A stretch of 64,000 bases of DNA from Tubiluchus corallicola. Taxonomy: Eukaryota > Animalia > Priapulida. The notes beneath the pieces were generated by a model, which did no database searches, was not told the DNA's origin, and saw only the letters and a program-made list of their open reading frames with translations. The stretch is from positions 231,859 to 295,858 of the forward strand of contig JAQGDQ010000288.1 in NCBI GenBank assembly GCA_030141605.1, given 5' to 3'. A program made the translations under genes and the position numbers. Shown here in pieces: positions 1 through 18,646 of this stretch (position 1 is the stretch's first letter; each line of letters opens with the position of its first letter).

Positions 1-1290
1 ATTCCAAAAAAGCTGCAACTGTTCGTTAGCCACTGTACTGCCACTGACAAAATTAATAAATGTGGAATATGGGAAAACCCAAACTATGTAAGTCGATTAC
101 AAAAACATCATTAAAATTCTAACAAGTTGTATTTTTGTACGGCTTGTTAGATGACACCTTATTGTTTCACGCAACGCTTGTGACATTATCATTAATGGTA
201 AGATGTAATCAATTGTTATACGATAATAATTGTTCTTTTGAGTAATCAAGTTCAGTTCTTATGTCCGGTTTCTACTTCATCTAGTTCTTGTTCGTTTGAA
301 GCAAAGAATTATATATCATCACACAAATCAGGAAGTTGTTATTTTTATGTAACAAATTTTTAAAAGTCAACGTGTCCACTTCTGTAAACAATGAAGATTA
401 AAGCATAAACGGATTAGTAGACTGTCTCAATGGCTCAAAATATTAACCGCAATGGACAGGGATGCCCTCTACCAGCTCGTTAAATATCAGGTGTTGTACG
501 TCGAGTCCCGAAACAATTTTATGTTGAAATGATAAAATTATATACCAAGCTTTATCTGCCTTACTGTTAATTACTTTATAATAAGGTAAATTCAGATAAA
601 CTAGCATAGTGATAAAAACTAGGGTTGGCACTTTTATAGATAATATTTTTAACAAATACCAAACATAAATAAACCACATTGTTAAGTGAAAAGTTAGGGA
701 ATCTCTGAATTGCTACACAATTTATTATTATTGGTGTTACAACTGACACCATAAGGCTAAAATCAATAAATTCCAAGTATAAAATAATAACAAATCAATA
801 AACAAATACAATTCGTTCAGTATAGTCACGAAGAAAAAATCCTCATTAGAGAGCTAATCGATGCTCTTTGTTTATTAAATCTTTTCAAAGAACAAAGTCC
901 ATTCACTAGTCCCGCTGTGAAGTACAGAAAGCCAAAAAAGGCCTTAATTTCAATATGCACCCAAAACGAATTTTATTCTCATTACTGTAACTGAAATACG
1001 TGGTTCAAATGTGATCCCTATATTTCCCCAAGTTGATGCAGAGCAAACAGTTTTTCCCTAATGGCTTGATAAATCATTTTACAATAGAACAAGTTTTTTC
1101 TATATTTTTGTTTTTATTTTACTACATTTTTTTGTGAAATTTTATATATCTTAGCTGTTTTAAATCATTATTTTAGTGTTAGTTTTATGTACTTTTTTCA
1201 GCACAGCATTTAAGCACATATTTATATGGATTTTACAGTACATAAAAACTAATGTACTAAAACTTAAAATTGATCATTATTATCGCTTAC

Positions 1291-4200
1291 CTAAGTCTGG
1301 AAGCTGTGAAAAGCACCCGTCGTTCTAGCAAAATGGCTGAAAAGACTTTGAGTAGTCGCGTCACACCTAGAATGTTTAAAAGGCAGGCGTAGTCAACTTG
1401 TTCTAGCCTGCTGTCAGCTGGACGAGCGAATGTGGCTATGTGCATTACATCTCGCTGTGGCTACAATGGAACAAGAATGATAAACCAGACATTAACATTA
1501 TTGCTTTATAGATAAAACTGAAATGTAGATCTAATGGTTTTAGCAATTAGGCATGTAATTCTGACACTAACAAAGTTAAAGGAGAAGAAATGAGGATTTT
1601 AAAGTGCGTTTCAGGAAACTTTCCATGGCTTAGCCTACCTGTTTGAAAGCCATATGTAATGGAAAAAGAAAATTCTTAATTTAAATGCTCGTGCCAACCA
1701 GTAAAACATCGCTGCTTCACTTATCCCAGTGTGCATCAAAAATGTCACAGACTCATCAGAGAAGATATTCTTAATCTTACTGACAAGATAAAGTAATTTA
1801 TACGTCTGCTTAGTTAACAAAATGTGTGCTACGAATGCTCTGATTATTTTTCAAACTTTGTGCAATACTATCTAACCTTGTTTCAAACAAACTTACTGTC
1901 AAAATGGCTACACCTAATGGTCATTGTGGGAGTGTAAACTTATAAGTTTCATACAGCTTTGCTGCTAATACAAGCACTGTGAGCAATAAAGCATAAGTAG
2001 GTGACACAAAATTTCAAGACAAATTTTTTATCTTAATGTAAGTAGAATTTTCTTGACTTTTAAGGTTATAATCAATTAGTATGAGATTATAGTACAAAGT
2101 TGCTTTCAATAAAATATGAATGTGGCTTTATGAAATGCTACTATGCTTTCAACAGTGTTAATGTGCGGCTTAATAGATTTGAGTAGTAACTGACTAGTTT
2201 TAAAGAAAAGTTGGTGTGCTTACAAACCTTATTTTAACTCATTTACAAAATGGTTAATAACTGGTTTAAACATCACTTATATGCTGCATTTGTGCTTGCT
2301 AACAACCTCATTAAAATTTTCTTTCACTTAAGTGCAATTTCCCTTCCAAGAAGTCACCCAAATCAAAAAGCGTACACACTCAACAATTAAATGCATTTAC
2401 AAAGTAAAATACTGCCTATTATACTGGATATAATTTGGTAAAGTTAAGTATAGCTTATTTGAAATTTGCAACCGAAAACCTGAGCAGCAATTCAAGCTTG
2501 GATGTAAAAATGTACACGTCACTTGAAAATTACGAGTAATAAGCATAGATAACTCAATTAATGCAAAACAGTTGGGTGGTGCCGATTAGTACAACTGTGA
2601 CCTAAGTAAAAAAATTTAATAGTTATTACATGGAAAAATTCTTTTCAACAATTGTTTTCGAATCAGTTCTAACAAATGAAATTGATAAAGTGACGAGTGC
2701 CAAGCTGACCAGCTAGTATAAGAACTGGTGTAATTACTATGCAGAGTAACTGTATTTTATCAATTTGTAAACAACTAACATTTTATATAGTTTTCAAGGT
2801 TAACTGTTTAACTGACTGTAGTGTAAAAGCAGCATGAGAAACAATAGTGGACAACAATTCTAAAATCTATTAAAATGTCGAAATAACTAAGAGAATTAAC
2901 AGATTCAAATAAAAATAACTCTGCAACAATGTAGGTGTGATAATGATTTAACATTCAAAAGACATGGAATTGGTGTCTGAAATGTTTCTTGTAGGTTAAA
3001 GTACACACCCCAGGACATCGTATGGTGACTCCATCACCAGGGGGAGGTAGCGGAGTGCTGTAAGCATATTGTATGAACAGATGTGCAGACGTCTCAGATA
3101 ATCGATGTCTGTTCAAAATTTCTCTAAGTAGCTAGAATTATGAAAAAAAGATTCATAATTATATGTTACTGACAAGACTTTCAAGTAACTCATTCGTTCA
3201 AGCACGCATGCATAGCACATTGTATAAGTGTATCAGTTTTCTGTTGTGAAACTGTCGGCCATGTGTGAGTTTAGTGCTTTAACAATTTGCAGCAAAACGC
3301 AATCTAAAATATAACCATAAAAGTAATTTCTGAAGAAAATGGGCAATAAACTCAGATGCTTTTACATGTAGTTTTTTCAGTAGGTCCTCTAGGTGTAATT
3401 TTAACAGGGCATACCCAGGTTCTAATGTTAGGAGGACCAAGTACATGAAAAAGACGCCGTGACGTATACCAAATCAGTTTTAGCATCTTGATTATACATG
3501 TTAATTTTGTACTTAAAATCAACAATGAAACACGAGGCAGACACAGTTTTAAAGTCCATAAATGTTATTTTGTAAAATTACGTATAATAAGTATAATAAA
3601 ACATACAAACACTGAAGTTTACGTGCCTTTGCAATAAATAATTGACAGTAGGCCTACTGATAGACAATCGTGCAACAAAAATATATTACAATAATTAGAT
3701 TTGAGGCAATTTGGTCCTTGTTTCAATCACTAAACCTTGACAAATAAGTTGCATAAATGCACACTTATGCCAAAAACATGAGATGCAGATTGGTCAAATA
3801 AAGTAAACTGAAAAAGCACAAATTTTCAAAAATGTGCTCACAGGATCGGTTACTCTCCTTGCTCCCTTATTAGCTACACCACTAAATTTAAAGTAGACAA
3901 AATAGTTGTGGCCTAACAAATCAAATTCTAACCGATTTCCTAGAATGGGCAGAGGCTTGATGATATTACATGGCTGACATGGTATTACACCAGTGTAGCA
4001 TAAAAAAGTCGCAGAAAGAGTAAATATCAGTTAAAAATAATTATAATTACCTGGGAATAGAAACTGTATGCAGATACTGGACTAATGGCACAGTAAACTA
4101 TTGGCACCTTTGTTCCAGCTTCGACAGGCTAAAATACATATAGACAGTCAACACATTAGGGGACATAACTATACTGATTACCCCACATGTTAAGCTAATA

Positions 4201-7200
4201 AACCATTCAGTAAATGTAAAGAAATTTCTCAGTGGAAAATTTAATAAATGGCTTTCCAGTTTTGAGTTATCCTGAACGGGCACTTTTGAGGTCTTTTATA
4301 AACTATCCAACTTACCAAATGTGCTACATGGCACAGACTACATGTTCAAACTTTCAATAGCAACATGCTTTAAAACTATATAAAAATGGTCACAACATAA
4401 CATACTTCGAAACAAATATTTTGGAGCATAAAAATTTAATTAAAAAATGCCTAATATAATGTATGATTCCATGTCATATTATTAGTAATTTACTATGAAG
4501 CTAGAAAATTAGAGACATTAAAATATTTTTGCTGTTAAATAAAATCATACTATACTATTAAACAATACAAACAATTTAAATGCTCTACATACAATTCTTA
4601 CAAGTTGTTAAAAACTATTCAAAAAACTCAAGGAACACTGAACACTCTCATTAATTTTTGGAAGAGGTGCTTACAATAAATCGCTTGCAATAGCCAAAAC
4701 TTCTGCCTCCTTCGCCACTTGTCAACACAAACGAGAAGGTTTCACTGTCCTGAGAAGACGAGGTTTTCCAGGTGTTGCAGTCAGGAAAACAGAACTGTGG
4801 TACGGCGACAAGCTTCGACTCATTAACCTATCAGTAAAAAACTGTGTATTTTTATAATGAACACCAACAATCACCAGCAAATTGTGTAAGGTACAAAGTT
4901 ACAAAGACAGTGTACAAATTTATGTGTACTGTAACAATGATGATGACGATGATGATGAGTATATCGAGTACTAGGCTGGATTCACTTACATACAAATATC
5001 TATGAATTACCTATTGACCCATTATGTAATTTACAGTAATGGTGTTATCCAAATCCTACCACTCTAACAATTTCTATTTCCTTTATTAGGGTATAAATTA
5101 TCAATTATGCAGCTATACTGTGCCACATCAATATGAAAAAAATGTTTAAGCTAGAAGTTAAGTCTTGAAGGCACTTAGGGTTGCCAATATTTCAACAAAA
5201 TGTACACTATAAATGAGAAATTGTGTGCTGTATTGAGAAATTGATTACTTTTCACTAAATAATAAAATTTCTCTTAAATTTCACTACAGAACAGTACAGC
5301 AGAAATGAAAGCCATTTTACAAATTAAGTTAGAATTAAGACCGGAAAATAACAAATAACATCAGTAAGCAACAGCCTGCACGAACGTCTACAATACTGGC
5401 ACTGTGTGCAAAATAAGTTTACAGAAAGAAACAATGCAATGTTCAAGATAGTTTGGACTTACATCAGAGGGAAAGCAATGCCGAATGTATGGCTCAATAG
5501 CACCTTGATTCTGTCGTATGCTAACACACAGCAGGGATTCAAACATGTGTTCATGACTCGCATTAACTAATTGTTCCTAAACACGATTAAAAACATCTCT
5601 ATTATCACTAAAGAAGAACACATAGAACAAAAGTGTTTGATAAAAAAGAATGGTCAGTTTTATGCAAATGATTTCAACAACAGGAGGACATTTTTATCAT
5701 CAAGCAATATAGAAATTATAACAGCTGTCTCAGCAACAGGAAGCATAATACTTACATTGTCAGCGTCAAAAGTATAATGGTAATCATGTTAGTTACTTTT
5801 AGACCATTTTATTGAATGCCTTTTTAATAATCACATCTGAAACCTCAATGAATCTGTTATATATAATAGTAAATTTAGTTTCATTAACGGAATATGAATT
5901 GTTACCAAAACAATTCTGCCTAAAGTATGAGTGATGAAACAGCTCACTTCAGAAAGCTGTTATTTTAATTAATAATAAATGAAATAACAGCTTTCTCAAA
6001 TGAATTTTATTTAGTAATAAATGAAATAACAGCTTTCTCAAATTAAATTTTATTTAATAATAAATGAAATTACAGCTTTCTCAAATGAGCTGTTTCGTCA
6101 CTCATATCCTAAGCAATTTGTAAATTGCTTTGCAAAATAAATCATAATGCCATTAATGAAATAAAATTTACTAGCATATATTAACAATCATCATTAATGT
6201 CACAGCTGTGATTGTTAAAAAATTGTTAAAAAAATGTGCCCAAAAATAACTAACATTATTACCTTTACACATATCACCATGGCAACATACGTATTATGCA
6301 TGGTAAAATTCCAGAAAAATATCTAATAACAATATTCCGATTGTTATGTAAATTTTAACTTTGTGAATTAAACATAAAGCAAGACGAAAATTAGAATTTT
6401 CATCATCATTAAATTCAAATTTATATGCAAGCCCTTATTCCAAAAGTGCTTACGTGATGGTGTGATTATTCAACATACTTTAAGATAAATACCTTCCAGT
6501 ATCATAACAAAAGTTACTCATCCTCCCAAGGGGCGTCAATTTTGTGTAGTCGTGTAATTTGTGCGTATTAAGCAAACAGAAATGAGACTGATTAAAAGCG
6601 ATACTGGGTTTTTTATCTACTACATGTACCGAGCAAATGACACAAGAAGCTCTGTGTTTCTTCGGAAAGCAGATTAGTTTCCAAGCACATAGGCAAAATT
6701 GGGAATGCCCATAAACGGAATTCATTGAAATAATAATGACAGAGTATTTCAGGAAGACATAAAGCGAAATTGTGCAAAGTATGTAATAATTTATTCTTAA
6801 GGGCAATGTGGATTATATCAAGTGCTTTCTTTATTATTATTATTATAAGTCTTTACCATAATCATAATCATTTTACAAGACATTAGTACAACGAATAGGA
6901 ATATATACAGCATGTACACATTATCTCTAATTGCAAATCAAGTGAGAATAGCAGCATCATGAGTTTAAATACTGACAAGTGTAATCTTGTTGTCTGGCTT
7001 CACTGAGCACTTACAAGGTCGAAACTGCTTTGTTTGGATTGCAACTGCATTTTTCGAGTACAGAGTTTTGTACAGTGAAGGTGGCATGGGATTACAGGAC
7101 ACACTTGCCCAAAAACATGGAAGGTCTTAATAAACAGGTAGCAAGAATGGCATAAGCATCTTGATCATTCACCATATAATTCGCTTTAGTGCAGCAAATA

Positions 7201-10200
7201 CTTATAAAGGTATTCCAATTACCAGGATGGCATTAGGTTTTCCATTGAACACAAAGCGAAGCTCTTACCTAAAAATGCCTGCTGATCTGTCCTGAGCAAA
7301 TAAGAGTGAAAAAATACACATGACAGCAGTATTGAGACAGATAAGTAATCATGGAGGCATATAAAAATTTACCTGTTTTAGCAATGCACCTTTGCACCGG
7401 GATTTCACAGATCGCACGTAGGAAAGACGTTCGGTAAGCTGCTTGTGCGATATCTCAGTGTCGCTTTCTTCAGCAGCTAAAACATGATAATGAAAGTAAA
7501 TCAATGTTGCACGCCATGTATGTTACAAAAGTGCTGAGGGTACATCGTTAGCATAAATTTGCTAACGTAATGTAATTATTCAGGCTTGTGCATATATTTC
7601 TACAAGGATTCAGCTTGCGTAGCTGCTTTCCTTGCATAGCATCTTATTACTTGGAAATTCTGTTCCCATATGCAGAAGACATCTTAAGAATATATTTCTA
7701 TAAGCTGTCTAGCTTGAAGAACGCAATGTTCACTACAGTATGCTTCATTGCAACATCAGTACGGTACAGTATGCAGGATGCTCTAACCCTCTCGATTTTT
7801 AATTTCCGTTCCTGATTTAAAAATCTCCATTTACAGATTAAGTATTACAAATAAAGGTAACTTGGTTTTTTATCTTTTTGAAGTCACAAAAGCTGAAAAT
7901 AGTAGGTAAGATAAAATGCAAACTTTGAAAATTAAAATAATTTAAATTATTTTATGAAAAGGTCATACTACAAAAGAGCTAATGCAAATGCTATTGCAGA
8001 TGCAAGGTAAAGTTTTACATTTGTAATAAAATACAATAATGTGTCATATATAAAAGCATTGCAACATTACAATTTTTATGGTCCGATAAATAAATGCATA
8101 CCTACGCCAAGACAAAAAAACTTAAAAATTATTTGCGCATTATGTCTTAGAAGATGAATAGTTAAACAATACCATTATCAGATTCATCGGCTTCGTCAAT
8201 ATCATCTGTAGCATCGGATCTTTGATCTTCAAAAGCTTTTTCCAGTTTTTGCTTCACAACCGTGTACTGGCGAGGTTTGGGTGGCAAAACTTCATTATCC
8301 TCATCAATTTCATCATCTACGCGATTCCTGGATCGGGTGCCGCGAACTAGAGCAGACTGAGAGCGAGGCCGATGGCGTACTTTCTGAGCCGTGGGATTCT
8401 GAAAAAAACATCCAAACCACCAGATAACTATATGAACTCCAACATAAATGTAATTTTGATTTTACAGTAGAATAAAATTTGCTTCAGCTGACAAACCTGA
8501 TAAAGCGAAGCAGCACAAATGACATGTAAAAAGTAAGTAAGAGTAAAGAAAACTACTGATACCAGAATACGTAGTGATCAAGCTGCTTGTGTAGTCACTC
8601 TCTGATGTCGGATGTGGTTAAATTTGATTTCCTATTAACTCACATCAAATGTCAAGCACACAATGATTTTTCTCCATATATGAATAACCAGGTAACTCAC
8701 ATGTTACTTAATCCATAAGACTCACTTTTTGCCCATAGGATATGACCTTAATCAGGGTTAACTGTATAAATCAAAGTGAGAAAAATATGGTGCAAATGTT
8801 TCTGCAGACTGACATTTTAGTTTACGGAATACACACATTCAAAAAACCCAGAAAATGCGGCGATAATGCGCAAAATGTGTGATAATCAGACAGCGAAAGG
8901 TCTGGAATGTGACTTTTTAAGCCATATTACGCGAATTGTGTTACTAGTTATCGCATACTAGAGTACATTTTGCACATTCTGAAACTAAAGACATCAAATC
9001 CAAATCCAAATTACGTATTGCCACAGGACTTTTTGCACGTGTATGCACCCTTAGAAACTAAAGAAAACTAAGAATTCACATAAACATTACCTTAACACTG
9101 AGTGACCGTTGTTGCATTTTCTCACTTTTGAAAGGCACTGCATACCCGTAACTGTCTATTTCCGGTGTCACGTGCCTCCGTATCTCTTCGTATATGTTTT
9201 CGCAACTAGCAGACTTTCGTCGCAAATTGCCACATCTTCTACCTCGAGCCAGCTCGTCATAGTTACCCTCCATCTCGATAAAAAACTGACTACGGGAAGC
9301 CGCAGGATGCAGTTCATCATTAACCTTTCTTGTATTCTTCGGAGTAGGTGGTCTACTCGGAATGGGCGGCTTAGCTCTGGGTAACGTTGTATAGCAATAA
9401 GCTGTAACTTCTGGCTTCAATGCCTGTCCACGGCTTTGAGGAGGAGGTGGTCGAGGTGGCGGCTCTTGTCTTGTTACCCTTGATACAGAACTTGGACTAG
9501 GAGAGTCAATCCTCTGATCAACCACCTCACGTTCAGAAATCTCGGTTATCTTTGTCAAACTGTTACGTTTAACCGGTTGAGGGGGTGGCTTTGAAGTAGG
9601 CCGGGCTGGAGGCTTTTTCCTAGATTTATTACTCAAACTTTCAATTTCGACACCAAGTGACGCTGCTTGCATGCCATCTTGACCACACTTGTTGTCAATA
9701 GTGAAGACATCATGTTTAAATGTTCGAGGAGGTTTTTTCGGTGGCACAGGTCGAGGAGACCTCACCGAAGCACTCCTGGGATCATGATCTGTCAAAATAC
9801 CTGGTTTAACCGGTTTCAGGGGAGGACGTTTTGCGGGACTAGGAGGTGGCGATTTTTGCAAAGAAGAATCAGCACCATGGGCTGACAGCAGTGTTGTATC
9901 TGAGTCACTATGTGACCAGTTGGCACTGATGCCTCCATACAGAGGAACTTTTACAACAGTCTGTTCATTGTCGACATCATCGCGGCTATCACAGTCTAAG
10001 ATATCACTTTCTTTACCATCAGGCTCTTCACGGTCATCAATTTTACTCACTTCAGAATCACAATCACCATCTCCATTTCTTGATGCCAGGGCAATTTCAA
10101 ACATTTGTCTACGCTGCGATATAATATTGTTTTGCTGAGGGCATGCGGAATCTTCAACAACATAGTCATATGCATTAGACTGATCACTCTTTGGTCTAGT

Positions 10201-13200
10201 TTCTGTCCCTGATGCATGATTTGTAGATTTCCTCCATTGTGGAGGTGTTGACGCAGGTCGAGCAGGTTTAACAGGGGCTTGTCTCGGCCGTGGAACTGGT
10301 TTTCTTGTCGTCTGTTTCGGGTCATCAGATTTTTCTTCTATTTTCTTAATCTGTAAATTGTCAAAAACAACTTTTAGATCTGCTCCAAAAGAAAAAGCAA
10401 ATTAAAACACATGTCTGTATCACTTGAAGATGTTTAACAACTCCTCCTCAGCCCTACCCCAGAGGTTTAGCCTACAAGTTTCGTGATTCTAGATAATATA
10501 ATTTAGAGTTACTGACTGTAATGTCCAGTACAGAGCCGCTGCTCGGTACCTAAATACATACAAAGTGAATACATAATAAATACAAAAAAACTGTGAATTT
10601 ACTTAAAGCATTTAGAAGTTGAATGCTGATTCAAAAACTGACCAAGCTTTTGTGTCCTTGACCCTTTGACCAAGGTCACCAATCGCCACACCATTTTTAA
10701 GATCCCTAACACAGGTGTTTACTCTTCGTGAATACAACCCTCTTCACTTGCAAATTAACATGAATTAAAAGTGAATGCCCTAATTTTCACATTGGCCTCT
10801 ATCTTGGGCCCTAACTTAATCCCAGCCTTTTTAACCATACCATTATATGAGCCCCCTACCCTAGCTGACATCTCTGCAAGTTTCATGACTGTTCTTACTA
10901 TGGTTTCAGAGTTATTCATTGCATTTTGGTTCCTATCTCGGGCCGGTAAAGAATCTCAACTTTTTAAAAGTACAAGCACACACCTACTACAGATTACCTA
11001 AACATGTATTAAAAAAATCTGAATTTAACTCAAGACCCTATGAGGAGTTGAATGGTAATCAAAAATTACCCAATGTCCAGAGTCCTTGACCTTTGACTGA
11101 GGTCACGACTCACCATACCACATTCAACGGTCCTACCCAAGATGTCCACACTGTAAGATTAGTGACTCTAGTGAGTGATGCAGAATATAAAACTACACAC
11201 GAATGAATGGTTTGCAAACCTGATCTACTACGGAGCTCTTCCGGTATTTCTGCAAAAACTGATGGTCCGCCCCATTCTGGCCATCACGCTCCTCCTCCTC
11301 CTCCTTCAGCTGATCACTTTCAAACGATTTTCTTCTTGTTGCAAATACTTCAGAACCTACAAAAACCATGATGCCAAACATCGTTACAACAGCTTATCAT
11401 TCATCATAATCACAGTTCTCACAGTTTTCAAAACGTTTTCATAGTTCTAGCAACTGATGACGATCGTGAGAAGGCCAAAGATTAAGTGAACCAGACAATG
11501 CATTTGTGTACACTTGACAATGTCTCGCAGCACATATTACTGTAACAGCAAGAGTTCTAACAGCTAGCCAGAACCTTACCTAGTTCATCTTTTCTTGTTC
11601 CCAAGCAAGATCCTGCTAGTAAATCATTCTATGCACAGACTAATGCATAATTAAATAAAGTCCATGTAAAACAACTAACGTTGCTGAAATGACGATTGTA
11701 GTTAAGACGTGTTGCTGTGGTACACTTAACCTTTGACCTATAGCAACTCGCATACACACAACAAAACTGCAAAAAGACTTATTCATGAAACACATGGAAA
11801 AATCTGAACTCACATCTGAACAGAATAATTATAAAATTGTAAATGCACTAAACAGAGTAGCAAAAATTCTAGTTTTTCTTGCATTATTATGAGATTTCGT
11901 ATCTAAAAGTTGTGAGTTTTAAGTGCTGGTAATAAACATTAATTTAATATGAATAAACTTGTTGATATTGTTATTTATTCTGAATTCTTTTTTCATACAT
12001 GGAAAGAGAGAACAGAACATTTTTCTGCAGATGACAAGTTCTGACCTCAGTAGCTTGTGGTATATCAAATAAAGTCTTAAGCCAGGGTTTCACAAGGCAA
12101 CCACTTTTTTGCAATAATAAAAAATGGTGTTTTCTCTGGAGCAAAAATCAAGAGAATATTGCAAAAAGTTTGCGCGGCATACCTGTGCATATTTGGCGAT
12201 TTCTGCAACATTTATACGACAAGGCGAATGTTGTATGATATTCGTGCAAGTATACTGCGATAATTTCATGACAATTTCATGGAATTTTTGCAGAAAGAAG
12301 TGCGGGACAGCCAAGGTTCGCCAAAATGTCACAAAATGGTCGAAAAATAGTCACAAAGTCGTCGCAACATTCTCAAAAGCGCTTCATTTACAACACACTC
12401 GCAATTGTTTTGCGATTCCCTAACAAACTTTTGGCACAGGATTGGTGGCTGTTATAACGTAGACATTTCTGGAGAGTCACTAATCCCGTGAAAGCCTGGC
12501 TTTAATGGGACAAACTGAATGGTGTGCACTGACCCAAGATTAGTTGAACCTTTATCCATGATTTCATGGGTGAAAAAGTTGAAAGTTCCAATTTCACAAA
12601 AATGAAATTCAATTCCTAGCATGGTAAAAAAATTGATACCAGTAATGTTATGAATTTCTGAGCTCTGACTTATGTGTTATGGGTCAAAAAAATGACAAAT
12701 TCCAATTTTGTTTTTTCACCAACATCGACGTTCCCAGATCTTGGCACCAACAAGTAATGCACATTTTTTAGTTATTAATACAAAACAAAACTGGGAGGTA
12801 AAGCATTTAATGTCTCAGAACCAGAATCTTACCACTGTTTTTGAGACAGTCAAAAATGTCAACTAACTTTATATTTTTACCTAAGTTAGCATTGTTTTAA
12901 TTTTTAAATTAGAATATAACACATTGTTGTTTGTAGAAACAACACACTGAAGACCTCATATTAGTGACTAAACCCATCTGGAAAGCTTATGTTTTTGTAT
13001 ATATTTTTGCTATTAATAAAATGTTAATTCCTAGGAAGTGGTTACTTTTTAGATTAAAAGCAATATAAAATACCTGTTTTGGTCTCAAAAAGCATGGGGC
13101 AAGTCTATAATAAATTATAGCAACAAAAGACCAGTTTATAGAGACAAAGCATATTAGTGTGGCACTACTGTTGTTCTTTGGTGACACATTGCGTTTACTA

Positions 13201-13418
13201 ATGTAAACACTACTTTTCGAACTCTCTTTTTTGGTAATAAAAAATTACCTTCAGGAAAACTTAATATGAGCACCATCACTATTGTTGCAGCTGCACTTCA
13301 GAACATTAGCCCACAGCAGCTCAATTAAAAACCAACAAAAATGAATATAATTCATTCAATGTATATTGTTACCTGGAGATCGCACTGAAGTTTGACGATG
13401 CATGCTTTCATGACTCAT
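1291..13418 (-). CDS. DENND2: DENN domain-containing protein 2 / suppression of tumorigenicity 5 (DENND2/ST5)-like Rab GEF, multi-exon, 3' part runs off the window start
   Basis: Hand-spliced GT-AG exons with consistent phases: 13373-13418 (MSHESMHRQTSVRSP), 11220-11356, 9091-10350 (Pro-rich; ENIYEEI motif), 8173-8398, 7373-7476, 5463-5576 (FESLLCVSI..EPYIRHCFP), 4675-4827 (VPQFCFPD..SETFSFVLTSGEGGRSFGYCKR), 4051-4128 (VPIVYCAIS), 3009-3131, 1291-1460 (RPADSRLEQVDY..ILLERRVLF). These match uDENN/cDENN motifs of the DENND2/ST5 family. The start exon is less certain. Confidence 0.9.
5778..6265. mobile_element. Fold-back / long-TIR MITE-like element
   Basis: Imperfect inverted arms of about 200 bp (e.g. 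TATGAGTGATGAAACAGCTCA near 5926 vs TGAGCTGTTTCGTCACTCATA near 6086) enclosing about 3 tandem AATAAATGAAATAACAGCTTTCTCAAAT units. Confidence 0.7.
10420..11180. repeat. Interspersed repeat with internal TTGACCTTTGAC..AGGTCA subrepeats (Helentron/HINE-like non-autonomous element)
   Basis: CCTTGACCCTTTGACCAAGGTCAC (10656) and CCTTGACCTTTGACTGAGGTCAC (11084). CCGCTGCTCG at 10535 recurs as (C)CGCTGCTCGCGGAT(T)AAAAA at about 20489 and 47558. Class assignment is inference. Confidence 0.4.
12080..12501. mobile_element. PIF/Harbinger-type MITE
   Basis: TIRs AGCCAGGGTTTCAC ... GTGAAAGCCTGGCT flanked by a TTA target-site duplication on both sides. Confidence 0.75.
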
Positions 13419-14104
13419 TCATCCGTGGTGGGAACTACCCAAACTTGAAGTTAACAGTTAAATATTAAGCAAACCTAACAAAAAATCAATAATCTTATTC
13501 ACATACAGTACAAGCACTACATTACAAGCCTCAAAATAGAAAAACTTACAAAAATGTAAGAGTTGGATATGAATTTGTCACCACCATGTATTGCAGACGA
13601 ACCAGATATATTGCATGTGTTTTATAAATTTATAAATCTTACAAAAACAATACATATCAACAATGACACAGTCACACAGCACTACCATAGTTGCTGACCT
13701 ACTTATTTACTACACAGTTAGTTCACAACGATGTGTAATAAAGTACTACTTTGTTTTGTTGGGTAAACTTTTTGCTAAGTTATTTTTTGTCTTTAGTTCT
13801 TTAATTTCATAGTTTAAGCTATGTTAGCTTAAGCGTTTATAAAATAATTCACAAAAGCGTTTTTGTTGAACCACATTCTTAAATCGTGTAGTTAATCTTA
13901 CAAAGTGACTTGACGTTCTTTACTAATCACTATTTTTATTACTTTTTACCACTGCGATTACTCCATGCTGTCTTTCCAAAGAGTCCGCTGCAAAAGAATA
14001 AATCGAAAAGTCATTTTCCCAAGCAAGGGTCTGGATCGCAAAATAATTTACTTGCGGAAAATAGGAAAACGACCAAATTAATCAACCAAATCTTTATCGT
14101 CAGC

Positions 14105-14167
14105 TGTACCGGATACGGAAGTTGCGCGAAGACCTGCGTCGTTATGCCTTTTTACTGATGTAGACAA
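14105..14167 (+). promoter_or_regulatory. RPL27A core promoter and 5'UTR: ETS/GABP-like CGGAAGT and TCT/TOP initiator
   Basis: ACCGGATACGGAAGT at 14108-14122; CCTTTTT at 14147-14153 fits YC+1TYTYY, about 20 nt before the ATG at 14168. Confidence 0.65.
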
Positions 14168-18112
<3,945 letters not shown>

Positions 18113-18646
18113 ATTCACATTCATGTATATAAACTGAATAATAACTTGAGTATGGGTAGGACTCGTGTTTGTTTGTTTCATTTTGCCGCTATGCTTGTTT
18201 GTAAGCAAAAATACAAAACTAAAAGGCTGTCTTAAATTATTACCGTAACTTTATCGAAACAAACACGTATTTTGTCAAGATTCGCCGCTATTTAAAAACG
18301 TCAAAAAATGCACCAAAAATAACAATTATGTCACATAGCACCAAACCAGAAGAGTGGTGAAAAGTCCTTTGCAGTATCATACCTAAGTTCACAACACAAG
18401 CGTAAGTTAGTATCAGAGTGTAACTAACTGTTTTACATGCTTCGCAAACAGGCCTGAATTTTTCTAGTATTGCATCGATTTTTGCCAAGTGCTATGCAAA
18501 CTAGTTTTGCATCATAGTCATTGTTAAACTTCACAGTTAAACTTGCATTCTTGTCTCTAAAGTTACCAGTTTTGCTTTTTCGAGTTTGTGTATAAACTAA
18601 AATTACCAAGTTTGTCACTGGTAACAGCCACATACTATCGAGTAAA

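Noticed and set aside
1-43. Possible next DENND2 exon (minus strand, CAG acceptor at 44-46, open in frame)
   Set aside because: Its translation SGSTVANEQLQLFWN does not resemble the expected TLSSC..LLYPF.WQH continuation, and it is cut by the window edge
443-776. Short ORFs near the window start
   Set aside because: No recognisable motifs; AT-rich intron sequence
1635-1820. 61-aa minus-strand ORF or possible exon in a DENND2 intron
   Set aside because: The flanking exons join in frame without it, its apparent splice sites give incompatible phases, and I recognise no homology
11579-11620. Minus-strand donor AG|GTAAGG preceded by ATG
   Set aside because: Reads ATG AAC TAG (stop); there is no further support for an alternative first exon
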